Source of the DNA: Candidatus Omnitrophota bacterium
GTDB taxonomy: Bacteria; Omnitrophota; Gorgyraeia; Zapsychrales; Aceulaceae
DNA length: 64,000 bases
Assembly: GCA_029564765.1 (NCBI GenBank)
Contig: JAKQPK010000013.1
Coordinates: forward strand, 219,164 to 283,163
Direction of reading: 5' to 3'
Part shown: positions 27,904 to 36,646 of the stretch, in pieces
How the letters are laid out: every line of letters starts with the position of its first letter
How positions within the stretch are numbered: the first letter of the stretch is position 1
Position numbers and translations under genes: made by a program
Notes under the pieces: generated by a model
What the model was told of the DNA's origin: nothing
Seen by the model: the letters and a program-made list of their open reading frames with translations, nothing else
Database searches by the model: none

Positions 27904-29283
27904 GTGGAGAGAAAAAAAGTTTTAGGGTTTTGGGATCTAGCGCTGTTCTCGTTCTGCGCGATCTTTGGCATCGAAGCGATCGCGGCCTCGGCGGCTATTG
28001 GGCCTTCGGCGATCTTTTGGTGGCTTGTCTGCCTTGTGGGCTTCTTTTTGCCTTTTAGCTTGATCTCCGCGGAATTGGGTTCCGCGTACCCTGATCAGGG
28101 TGGTGTCTACATCTGGATCAAAAAAGCCTTTGGGGCCCGATGGGCGGCCAGGGCGATCTGGTGTTATTGGATCGCTTTGCCGTTATGGTTGCCCGCGATC
28201 TATATCGCGATCGTTCAGATCTTAAGCCACATGTTCTTCCCCGGCCTTGCTCTTTGGCCGCAAATAGCGATCGGGGTTATTCTCATATGGTTTTCTGTTG
28301 TTGTTAATCTCTGTCCGCTTAAGTTTTCTAAATGGGTGCCTAACATCGGCTCCGTCGCGCGATTTTTGGTGATCGCTGGGATGATCGCTGCCGCGGTTTT
28401 GTATTTCTTAAAGAATGGAAATTTTGCTAATGCTATCACATGGGCGAACATTTTGCCGGATCCCAACGCGGCGATCATCTTTGTCCCGATGATCATTTAT
28501 AATCTCTTGGGTTGTGAGCTGGTGTCTGGGGCTGCTGGGGAAATGAAGGATCCTAAAAAGGATGTGCCTAGAGCGGTTATTTTCTCAGCGCTTATCATCG
28601 CATTCTTTTACGTGATCACGACCGTGACGGTTTGGGTCGTCGTTCCGGTTGCTGATATCAATGTTGCCAGCGGGATTTTCCAAATGTTCGCCATTGCTTT
28701 TGAAGGTTATGGGGCCGTGCAAAGCATTCTGGTCATGACCGGCCTTTTGATCTCTTTTGCGCTCTTTGCGGAGATCGTAGCCTGGAACTTAGGCGAGAAC
28801 CGCACGGTGGCCGAAGCGGCCTGCAATGGTGAGCTTCCAAAAGTCTTGGGAAAGGTGACCGCAAAGTCTCAAGCGCCTCTGGGGGCTTCGATCGTCTCAG
28901 GGGTGATCTCAACGGCAGTGATCATTGTTTATGGATTTATTGCCCGAAATAGCTCTGAGCTTTTTTGGCACATCGTGTCCTTTAGTTTAGTGGTTGAGTT
29001 GTTCACCTATCTGATGTTGTTCCCGGCCTTTGTTGCGCTGCGAAAGAAAGATAAAGATATCGAGAGGCCTTATCGGGTGCCGGGCCCGCAATGGCTTGTG
29101 ATATTCTTGGCGGTCATGGCGGAACTGTTCATCGTCATGGCCATGGCTATCTTGTTCCTTCAGCCTGGGCATGGTCTTATCAGGTCAGCCTTGCCGTTGA
29201 TCGTTGGGGTTTTTATTACTCTGGCAGCTGGAGAGACCTTTATCGTTACGTCTATGCGAAAGCGAAAAGAATGCCACGCGTAA
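27904..29283 (+). CDS. APC-superfamily amino acid/polyamine permease
   Basis: About 12 TM helices with an APC-like N-terminal consensus (GFWDLALFSFCAIFGIEAIAASA). Confidence 0.8.
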   Translation: MERKKVLGFWDLALFSFCAIFGIEAIAASAAIGPSAIFWWLVCLVGFFLPFSLISAELGSAYPDQGGVYIWIKKAFGARWAARAIWCYWIALPLWLPAIYIAIVQILSHMFFPGLALWPQIAIGVILIWFSVVVNLCPLKFSKWVPNIGSVARFLVIAGMIAAAVLYFLKNGNFANAITWANILPDPNAAIIFVPMIIYNLLGCELVSGAAGEMKDPKKDVPRAVIFSALIIAFFYVITTVTVWVVVPVADINVASGIFQMFAIAFEGYGAVQSILVMTGLLISFALFAEIVAWNLGENRTVAEAACNGELPKVLGKVTAKSQAPLGASIVSGVISTAVIIVYGFIARNSSELFWHIVSFSLVVELFTYLMLFPAFVALRKKDKDIERPYRVPGPQWLVIFLAVMAELFIVMAMAILFLQPGHGLIRSALPLIVGVFITLAAGETFIVTSMRKRKECHA

Positions 29284-29293
29284 GGCATCGCTT

Positions 29294-30667
29294 ATGATTT
29301 GGAAGAAAATCGGTTGCTATTTTTTTGTTGGCTGTTTACTTTTGACCGCCGCGTGCGCGCCAAAAGAACGCAAAGGTTATGCGCCGCCTTCGATCATCCC
29401 AGGCACAATAGAGGAAATGAAAAGCCCGGGATTTTGGACAAGTCAAGATCCGTTGGCCGATCAGGTTGTCTTAGACAAAGACGGCATTGCTCAGCTTAAC
29501 GCGCAAGTTCAGAATGATCTTGGCTTGATAACCGATGTGATGGCGGTTGGCCCAGATTGCGATGGAGCAAAGCTGCGCGCGGAGCTGGAGAAAATCTTTG
29601 TTGAGCTTGGCTTGGAAAAACTTTTTGGCAAGAATGCGCTGCGTTTGAAGCGGCAAGAGATCCAGGCTGTTAATCAAAATATGAACACGGCAAGCATCGC
29701 GCCTGTTGTCAGTGTGCGCTATGGCGCTATCAGTCGGTGCGCAGACCAAAGGCTTTTGCCAACGGACGCTCTCGCGGTCAAAAAGCCGGGCGATGTGGAG
29801 TTTGACGAACTGCAGAACAGCTCTTTGGATATCGGAACGCCTTTGGCTATTTTGCATGAAAGTAAGGATGGTGCGTGGTTTTATGTCCATGCACCCAGTA
29901 GCGTCGGTTGGGTGAAAAAAGATCATGTTGTCATCTGTCCTTTGGCAGAGCTGAAAAGTTATTTGGCGCAAGCGCCTTTTGTTGTCGTGACAACTGCCAA
30001 GGCGGATATCTTTTGGGATGCCGCGCGCACACAATACGTCGATACGGTCCGCATGGGGGCTATGTTTCCATGCAATGTGGATGCGAATTCGGATGTTGTA
30101 GAAATTACGATCCCTTCTGTGTCTGCTGAGCGAAATGGTATTTGGCAAAAAGCGTACATCAAAAAAGACAATATTCATGTTGGGTTTCTACCTTATACGC
30201 CACGTACGATGATTGAGCAAGCGTTCAGATTGCTGAACGCGCCTTACGGCTGGGGTGGCGCGAATGGCGAGCAAGATTGTTCGAGCTTTCTACAGGAAAT
30301 CTTTGCTACGGTTGGCATTCGGTTGCCGCGGAATTCCGGTGATCAGGGAAAGGTTGGAAGATCTTTGGGGACATGGGGTGCGCAGGCAAGCGATAGCATC
30401 AAGGAGGGCGCGCTGCGCGCCTTTGCTCTGCCAGGGGCGACGATCGTGCAGCTTAATGGCCATGTGCTTTTATATCTGGGAACTTATCAAAATATTCCTT
30501 ACGTTATTCACGCCACTTATGGCTATCGTGAAAAGGTGTGGTATGGAGAGATCTTGCGCAAGGTTAATCGTGTGATCGTTAGCGATCTTTCTTTGGGCGC
30601 GGGAACAAAAAAAGGATCTTTGTTAAACCGTATTGTATCTATTCGTTTGGTCGATCATGAAAAATAA
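29294..30667 (+). CDS. NlpC/P60 family peptidoglycan endopeptidase lipoprotein with SH3b-like N-terminal domains (YkfC/DPP6-like)
   Basis: Lipobox LLTAAC. C-terminal papain-like catalytic motifs (GEQDCSSF ... H). The track ORF start at 29204 lies inside the upstream gene and is trimmed to ATG 29294. Confidence 0.8.
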   Translation: MIWKKIGCYFFVGCLLLTAACAPKERKGYAPPSIIPGTIEEMKSPGFWTSQDPLADQVVLDKDGIAQLNAQVQNDLGLITDVMAVGPDCDGAKLRAELEKIFVELGLEKLFGKNALRLKRQEIQAVNQNMNTASIAPVVSVRYGAISRCADQRLLPTDALAVKKPGDVEFDELQNSSLDIGTPLAILHESKDGAWFYVHAPSSVGWVKKDHVVICPLAELKSYLAQAPFVVVTTAKADIFWDAARTQYVDTVRMGAMFPCNVDANSDVVEITIPSVSAERNGIWQKAYIKKDNIHVGFLPYTPRTMIEQAFRLLNAPYGWGGANGEQDCSSFLQEIFATVGIRLPRNSGDQGKVGRSLGTWGAQASDSIKEGALRAFALPGATIVQLNGHVLLYLGTYQNIPYVIHATYGYREKVWYGEILRKVNRVIVSDLSLGAGTKKGSLLNRIVSIRLVDHEK

Positions 30668-31790
30668 AAAAATCTTCTATCTTATTTTTGTTGTTGCTGT
30701 GCTTACGCTTGCCGTTGGGATTTTGCGGAACGTGACAGAAAAGAAATTAAGAAGCGATATTGGCCAGATGCTGATCATTGGTTTTCGAGGGACAGAAGTA
30801 AGCGAGGGTTCGTTCATTGTCAAAGCCATTCGAGAGCTTAACATAGGCGGCGTCATTCTTTTTGATATTGACGGCCCAACAAAAAGTTTTCCGAGGAATA
30901 TCGTTAATGCGCAGCAGGTTAGCGCACTGATCGCGGGTTTAAAGAAGAATGCGAAAACACCTTTGATCGTGGCTGTGGACGCGGAAGGAGGAGGGGTCAA
31001 CCGTTTAAAGCCTGATTATGGTTTTATTGCGATGCCGGGTGCTCAAGAGTTGGGTGGAAGAGATGATCTTGCGTTAACGCGAAGAATTTCCGGAGAGCTT
31101 GCCAGCCAGTTATCGCAGCTTGGTTTTAACGTGAATTTTGCGCCATGCGTGGATCTGGGCGTTAATCTGGACAATCCTGTCATTGCTCGCATGGGCCGTT
31201 CGTTCTCGGCGGACGCGGAAACTGTTGTCCGCCATGCGGCCGCGTTCATTAAGGGTCAGAAGGATCATGGTATCCTGACCGCTATCAAGCATTTTCCCGG
31301 GCATGGCAGTTCTCAGCAGGACAGCCATAAAGGCCTCACGGATGTGACCGCGACCTATAAAGCGAACGAGCTGATCCCTTATCAAGAACTAATCAAGGAC
31401 GGCATCGTTGATATGGTCATGACCGCGCATATTATAAATAAGAACATTGACGATCGTTATCCTGCGACATTGTCAGGCCGTTACATTCAGGAGATCTTGC
31501 GAGAAAGGCTTGGTTTTCAGGGTGTTGTTGTTTCTGATGACCTACAAATGGGGGCGATCACAGAGCATTATGGATTTCAGGAGGCTGTCATCCGCGCGGT
31601 TTTAGCAGGATGCGACCTTTTAGTTATTTCCAACAATGGGAAAGTCTATGATGAAACAGCTGCGCGCCAGGCGAGGGATATCATTTATCAAGCGGTCAAA
31701 GATGGCGTGATTCCGCCGTGCAGAATCAAAGAGTCTTTGCGACGTCTTTACAATATGAAAGCGAGGTTGCACAGTGGATTCAGCAAATAA
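30657..31790 (+). CDS. nagZ: Beta-N-acetylhexosaminidase (GH3, NagZ-like) with signal/TM anchor
   Basis: KHFPGHG motif and a GH3 N-terminal domain. The N-terminal hydrophobic segment indicates a periplasmic location. Confidence 0.85.
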   Translation: MKNKKIFYLIFVVAVLTLAVGILRNVTEKKLRSDIGQMLIIGFRGTEVSEGSFIVKAIRELNIGGVILFDIDGPTKSFPRNIVNAQQVSALIAGLKKNAKTPLIVAVDAEGGGVNRLKPDYGFIAMPGAQELGGRDDLALTRRISGELASQLSQLGFNVNFAPCVDLGVNLDNPVIARMGRSFSADAETVVRHAAAFIKGQKDHGILTAIKHFPGHGSSQQDSHKGLTDVTATYKANELIPYQELIKDGIVDMVMTAHIINKNIDDRYPATLSGRYIQEILRERLGFQGVVVSDDLQMGAITEHYGFQEAVIRAVLAGCDLLVISNNGKVYDETAARQARDIIYQAVKDGVIPPCRIKESLRRLYNMKARLHSGFSK

Positions 31791-32229
31791 CGCGGATGCG
31801 TATTTACAGGCGGCCATTGAAGAAGCGAGAAAAGGATTAAGTGAGGGTGGAATTCCGATAGGGTCGGTTCTTGTGCACAAGGGCAAGATCATCGGCCGCG
31901 GGCATAATCGGCGCGTACAAAGAAAGAGCGCTATTTTGCACGCGGAAATGGATGCTTTAGAGAGCGCGGGACGTCTTCCGGCTTCAGCTTATCAAGAGAG
32001 TGTACTTTATACAACACTTTCACCATGCGCGATGTGCTCAGGCGCTATCTTGCTTTATAAGATCCCGCGTGTTATTATCGGTGAGAATACAACATTCATA
32101 GGTGAAGAAAATCTTCTGAGAAGCCGTAGGGTTGAAGTTGAAGTCTTGCAAGATGAGGACTGCATTCAGATGATGCGGGAATTTATCCAGAAGAATCCCA
32201 ATCTTTGGAACGAAGATATAGGTGTTTGA
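31774..32229 (+). CDS. Cytosine deaminase, yeast Fcy1-type (CDA fold)
   Basis: HAEMDALE and SPCAMCSGAIL zinc motifs. C-terminal NLWNEDIGV closely parallels Fcy1 (...DWFEDIGE). Confidence 0.75.
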   Translation: MDSANNADAYLQAAIEEARKGLSEGGIPIGSVLVHKGKIIGRGHNRRVQRKSAILHAEMDALESAGRLPASAYQESVLYTTLSPCAMCSGAILLYKIPRVIIGENTTFIGEENLLRSRRVEVEVLQDEDCIQMMREFIQKNPNLWNEDIGV

Positions 32230-32260
32230 AACTTAAAGATAATACTGATAAGCTACCTTT

Positions 32261-33391
32261 ATGGCGCCAGCAAAAATAACTCTTCAGTGCGATCAATCCC
32301 TTCACGTGCTTTCCGTTGAGATAGGCGGGGACTGGCAGCTTTCCGACAAGGTCCCTTGCGTGGATGAGGTATGCCAGCAATTTTCGACAAATCCTGATAT
32401 CACAAAAGTTATCGTGAACGCTTCTCAGCTTTCTGATTGGGACAGCAGCCTCCTTTCGTTTTTATGCCACTTAGCTCGTGAATGTCAGAATAAAAAAATA
32501 ACGGTGCAATATGACAGCTTTCCGGAAGGTGTTGAAAGCTTAGTCGCTCTTTCTTTGCAAGAGATCGGGGCAGAGATCACGCCTAAAGCATCTTCGCAGA
32601 CATTTTTGGTGAAAGCTGCCGAACGTTTTTTTGCTGCTAGAAAAAGTATTCTGATCTTGTTGGATTTTTTAGGGGAGATCATCTGTGCTCTCGGACGGCT
32701 GATAGCAGGAAAAGCTTATTTTCGCTGGAATGATTTTTGGATTTTTGTACAGCGCTGCGGAGCTGATGCCTTGGGACTTGTTTCCTTGATCAGTTTGTTG
32801 GTAGGCGTTATCCTCGCATTCGTAGGAGCGATGCAGTTAAAATTATTCGGAGCGCAAATCTATATCGCTGATATTGTTGGTATTGCGATGGTGCGCGTTA
32901 TGGGCGCTGTGATGACAGGGATCATCATGTCAGGGCGTACGGGAGCGAGTTTTGCGGCAGAGTTAGGTATCATGCAGGCTAATGAAGAGATCGATGCGTT
33001 TAAAACGATCGGTGTTAATCCTGTGGAATTCTTAGTGACGCCTCGGCTTTTGGCCTTGGTGGTCATGATGCCGCTGTTAACGTTGTACGCGAATTTCATG
33101 GGGATCTTGGGCGGCTTTGCGATCAGCGCGAGCATGCTCAATCTTAATCCGGTTGAATACTTAAATCATACACAGGTTGCGGTTAAGATCAATAATCTAT
33201 GGGTGGGGTTGATCCATGGCATTGTCTTTGGGATCATTATTGCTGTTTGTGGATGTCTTCGAGGCATGCAATGTGAACGAAGCTCTGCCGGTGTTGGAGA
33301 GGCGACAACATCCGCTGTGGTGACTGCCATTACCTCGATCGTTGTTGCCACAGCGATCATTACCTTTATTTGCCAGATCTTAGGAGTATAG
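32261..33391 (+). CDS. mlaE: MlaE-type ABC transporter permease with a fused N-terminal STAS (MlaB-like) domain
   Basis: C-terminal roughly 260 aa is the MlaE/Ttg2B permease (GIMQANEEIDAFKTIGVNPVEFLVTPR). N-terminal roughly 110 aa has the STAS fold pattern. Confidence 0.8.
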   Translation: MAPAKITLQCDQSLHVLSVEIGGDWQLSDKVPCVDEVCQQFSTNPDITKVIVNASQLSDWDSSLLSFLCHLARECQNKKITVQYDSFPEGVESLVALSLQEIGAEITPKASSQTFLVKAAERFFAARKSILILLDFLGEIICALGRLIAGKAYFRWNDFWIFVQRCGADALGLVSLISLLVGVILAFVGAMQLKLFGAQIYIADIVGIAMVRVMGAVMTGIIMSGRTGASFAAELGIMQANEEIDAFKTIGVNPVEFLVTPRLLALVVMMPLLTLYANFMGILGGFAISASMLNLNPVEYLNHTQVAVKINNLWVGLIHGIVFGIIIAVCGCLRGMQCERSSAGVGEATTSAVVTAITSIVVATAIITFICQILGV

Positions 33392-33394
33392 CGC

Positions 33395-34168
33395 ATGGTT
33401 ACATCAAGACATCCGATCTTACAAGTGCATCAGCTGGACCTTGCGTATGATGATCATGTTGTCATGAGAGACCTTAATTTTAGTGTCAACCGCGGCGAGG
33501 TTTTCGTTATCATGGGCGGCAGCGGATGCGGGAAAAGTACCTTGCTTAAAGTCTTGATAGGCCTTAAAAAGCCGGCGCAGGGTCAGGTTGTGTACGACAA
33601 TAAGGATTTTTGGGCCGTGGACCATGCCCGCCAACAGATGCTCTTAAAACGTTTTGGTGTGCTTTATCAAAGCGGGGCTTTGTGGAGCTCTTTGACCGTT
33701 GGAGAGAATGTCGCGCTTCCCTTACAGCTTTACTCTGCCTTGACGCCAGCACAAATAAAAGACATGGTTCATCTTAAGCTTTCGTTGGTAGGGCTAGGCG
33801 GATATGAAGATCTTTATCCTAGCGAGCTTAGCGGTGGGATGCGTAAACGCGCAGGGCTTGCGCGCGCGATCGCGCTGGATCCGGATATCGTATTCTTTGA
33901 TGAGCCTTCCGCGGGGCTTGACCCGGTGAGCGCTCGGATGCTCGATGATCTGATCTTGCAGTTAAGAGATTATGTGGGCGCAACGATCGTCGTTGTGACG
34001 CATGAATTGGCGAGTATTTTCGCGATCGCGGATAACGCGATCTTCTTGGATGCTCAAAAAAAGACGTTAACCGCGGCCGGAAATCCCAAGGATCTTTTGG
34101 CGCGTTCCCATGACCCTAACGTGATCCAATTTTTAACCAGAGGCGAGAAACAAGGAGTGAAGGGATGA
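33395..34168 (+). CDS. mlaF: MlaF-type ABC transporter ATP-binding protein
   Basis: Walker A GGSGCGKST, signature LSGGMRKRAGLARA, Walker B IVFFDEP. Confidence 0.9.
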   Translation: MVTSRHPILQVHQLDLAYDDHVVMRDLNFSVNRGEVFVIMGGSGCGKSTLLKVLIGLKKPAQGQVVYDNKDFWAVDHARQQMLLKRFGVLYQSGALWSSLTVGENVALPLQLYSALTPAQIKDMVHLKLSLVGLGGYEDLYPSELSGGMRKRAGLARAIALDPDIVFFDEPSAGLDPVSARMLDDLILQLRDYVGATIVVVTHELASIFAIADNAIFLDAQKKTLTAAGNPKDLLARSHDPNVIQFLTRGEKQGVKG

Positions 34169-34851
34169 GTAAACAGGCAAGTAAAACTCTGATCGGTGCG
34201 TTCGTAGTCGGAGCGGTGGCCCTGCTGGTCATATCAACCGTTGTTTTTGGAGCCAGTACGTTGTTTAAAAGGACCAATAAATATGTTTTGTTCTTCGACG
34301 GATCTATTAAAGGGCTTTCTGTCGGGGCTCCGGTTATTTTACGGGGAGTTAAGATCGGTGCTGTTAAAGACATTCACCTTGTTTATGACCCCTCCATCGA
34401 AGATCTGGTAATTCCGGTTATTATTGAGGTTGAACCGTCTAAGATCAGAAATTTGCCGCCCCGGCTCAGCATTGAGGATTATAACGAATTGATCAAGTCC
34501 GGCTTGCGCGCCAAGCTTGATATCGATAGTTTTATTACCGGACAGCTGATGATCGGCTTGGATTTCTATGAGAATAAGCCAGCTACCTTGCATAAGGTCG
34601 CTAAGAAATATCCAGAGATCCCTACCTTGCCCACCTCACCTGACATTTTTCAGCTGATGGACGATCTACCGATCAAAGAGATCGCGGATGACCTGAAACA
34701 AACTGTGGCCGGGATCAACAAATTGATCAATTCCCAAGGGTCTTACGGCCTAAGCAATATGTTGAACGAATTGTCTCAGGCGGCACGTTCCATTCGGCTG
34801 CTGGTCGAGTATCTTGAGGTTCATCCGGAAGCGATCCTTAAAGGAAAATAG
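34165..34851 (+). CDS. mlaD: MlaD-type MCE-domain substrate-binding protein
   Basis: N-terminal TM and the MCE domain (FDGSIKGLSVGAPVILRGVKIGAV). Confidence 0.85.
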   Translation: MSKQASKTLIGAFVVGAVALLVISTVVFGASTLFKRTNKYVLFFDGSIKGLSVGAPVILRGVKIGAVKDIHLVYDPSIEDLVIPVIIEVEPSKIRNLPPRLSIEDYNELIKSGLRAKLDIDSFITGQLMIGLDFYENKPATLHKVAKKYPEIPTLPTSPDIFQLMDDLPIKEIADDLKQTVAGINKLINSQGSYGLSNMLNELSQAARSIRLLVEYLEVHPEAILKGK

Positions 34852-34865
34852 ACAAAGGAGAAAAT

Positions 34866-35513
34866 ATGCGACACAGGTTCTCGATCATTGTAAATATTTT
34901 TGTTTGCGCCTTCATCTTGAGCGGATGCATTTCGGTTGCTCGCAGCCCTTCTCCGCGGTTTTATAGGTTGAGCTCGTTAAGCTTAGAGCAGTCTTGCGAG
35001 AAAGTAAAGATCGCTGCGGATACGTTGATCGGCGTTGGGCCGGTCAGGATCCCGGATTATTTGAACCGCCCTCAGATCGTCACGGTAAATAAGGACAAAA
35101 CAATGGCGTTCGCGCAGTTTGACCGCTGGGGAGAATCATTAGACGTTGCCGTGACAAGGGTCCTGGATGAGAATTTGACATTTCTTTTAGAGGGAAGCGA
35201 TGTGCAGATGCATCCTTGGAACATGTTCGTTCCGGTCAGGTTTCAGGTGACTCTGGAGGTGATCCGACTGGATATTGACCTTAAGCAAGATGTGGAATTG
35301 GTGGTCCAGTGGTCTATTTTAGACCTTAAAGATAAGAATTTTATTTTTAGCCAAAGATCGGTATTGCGCGCAGCTGTTGAGCCTTTAAGCTATGCGGGCG
35401 CTGAACGCGCCATTAGCATAGTGCTATCACAGTTAAGTTCTGAAATTGCCCATGAGTTATCGCGACTGTTGACCATGCATCAGGAAAAAAAGCAGCACAC
35501 GATCGCGATCTAG
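34866..35513 (+). CDS. ABC-transport auxiliary lipoprotein (PqiC/YmbA/DUF330-like)
   Basis: Lipobox ILSGC. Size and position after the MCE gene are typical of the family. Confidence 0.6.
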   Translation: MRHRFSIIVNIFVCAFILSGCISVARSPSPRFYRLSSLSLEQSCEKVKIAADTLIGVGPVRIPDYLNRPQIVTVNKDKTMAFAQFDRWGESLDVAVTRVLDENLTFLLEGSDVQMHPWNMFVPVRFQVTLEVIRLDIDLKQDVELVVQWSILDLKDKNFIFSQRSVLRAAVEPLSYAGAERAISIVLSQLSSEIAHELSRLLTMHQEKKQHTIAI

Positions 35514-35553
35514 GTTCAGCGATCGTTAAAAAAGTTATTCAAGGAGGGATCAT

Positions 35554-35799
35554 ATGGCGATAAAAGTAAAAAAACATGAACACACATGCCCCACATGCCA
35601 GAAAAAGACAAACGAGGCGGGCCATCTTTGTGTCCCAACAAGGCTGTCACATAAAAAATGTGATTGGTGCGGGGCGTTCATTCCCAACGTCCGGCATCTT
35701 TGCGACAAGAAGCTGCGCGATGTTTCGTATATTTGTAACAGCTGCGGCCGTACTGCTGTGAAGCCTGAATTTTTATGCAAGCCACAACGCATTAAATAA
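35554..35799 (+). CDS. 81-aa Cys-rich protein with three C-x2-C-x10-C modules (putative metal-binding)
   Basis: Strong SD AAGGAGGGATCAT. Modules are CPTC..x10..C, CDWC..x10..C and CNSC..x10..C, with H-L-C in two of the three. Confidence 0.5.
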   Translation: MAIKVKKHEHTCPTCQKKTNEAGHLCVPTRLSHKKCDWCGAFIPNVRHLCDKKLRDVSYICNSCGRTAVKPEFLCKPQRIK

Positions 35800-35810
35800 G
35801 AGGAGCTATC

Positions 35811-36383
35811 ATGAACTATCTTGTTATTTACGCGCATCCGAACCCAAAAAGCTTCTGCCATGCGATCAAAGAAGAGGTTATTGCTCATATAAAAAAACAA
35901 GGGGGAAAGTGCGAGACCCGGGACTTGTACCAGATGGGCTTTAATCCAGTCCTTGGCTCATCGGATTTTGTGCAATTTTTGCAGAAAAGAACTCCTGAGG
36001 ACATCCAGAAAGAACAAGATCTTGTTCGACAGGCGGATATCCTTGTTTTTGTTTATCCGGTCTGGTGGTTTAGCATGCCAGCGATCCTCAAAGGTTATGT
36101 TGACCGCGTGTTTTTCCGGGGGTTTGCTTATGATTACAAAGGGCCTATGATCCAAGGCCTGTTAAAAGGCAAGAAAGCGATCCTGCTCTCAACGACCGGA
36201 GGCCCGCGTTTCGCGTATTATCTTTTAGGATATCTGTCGGCGATGAAGACGACCATTGATGTGGGGATCCTGAACTTCTGCGGCATCAAGGTCGCTTTGC
36301 ACAAGTATTTTTACGCGGTACCAACAGTTGGTGACGCAGCCCGCAAGAAGATGCTTGCAAGCATCCCTAAGATCATATCTTAA
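35811..36383 (+). CDS. NAD(P)H dehydrogenase (quinone) family flavoprotein (Flavodoxin_2, MdaB/KefF-like)
   Basis: YLVIYAHPNPKSF ... DILVFVYPVWWFSMPAILKGYVDRVF motifs. Confidence 0.75.
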   Translation: MNYLVIYAHPNPKSFCHAIKEEVIAHIKKQGGKCETRDLYQMGFNPVLGSSDFVQFLQKRTPEDIQKEQDLVRQADILVFVYPVWWFSMPAILKGYVDRVFFRGFAYDYKGPMIQGLLKGKKAILLSTTGGPRFAYYLLGYLSAMKTTIDVGILNFCGIKVALHKYFYAVPTVGDAARKKMLASIPKIIS

Positions 36384-36405
36384 ATTTCTCGTCATCACTT
36401 TTTTT

Positions 36406-36550
36406 CTAAGAAGCTTTGTGCTATACTGCAATTAACTCAGAGAAGTCGCCAGTACTTCGGCTAACTTCATGAGGTAAGAAGATTTCCTCAATCTAAGGGG
36501 GCGAGCAAGCCGAGGGCGTCTGAGGCAAAAAAATCGCCCCCTTTTTTATT
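36406..36550 (+). ncRNA. Candidate small RNA of roughly 120 nt (extended -10 promoter to intrinsic terminator, no ORF)
   Basis: TGCTATACT extended -10 at 36409-36420. GGGGGCGA...TCGCCCCC stem followed by TTTTTTATT at 36498-36550. No start-to-stop ORF longer than 2 codons in between. Confidence 0.25.
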
Positions 36551-36646
36551 GCCCTTTCCAAAAAACCTTTTGCTTTTTCCTTGTTAAATCTTACAATATG
36601 TTAAGCATTTGACCGTATTCTTTTATCAGATCCAGGAGGTTGTCTT

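Noticed and set aside
29471-30178. Minus-strand 235-aa ORF
   Set aside because: It is antisense to the NlpC/P60 gene. Its R/H/C-rich composition is typical of GC-rich antisense frames.
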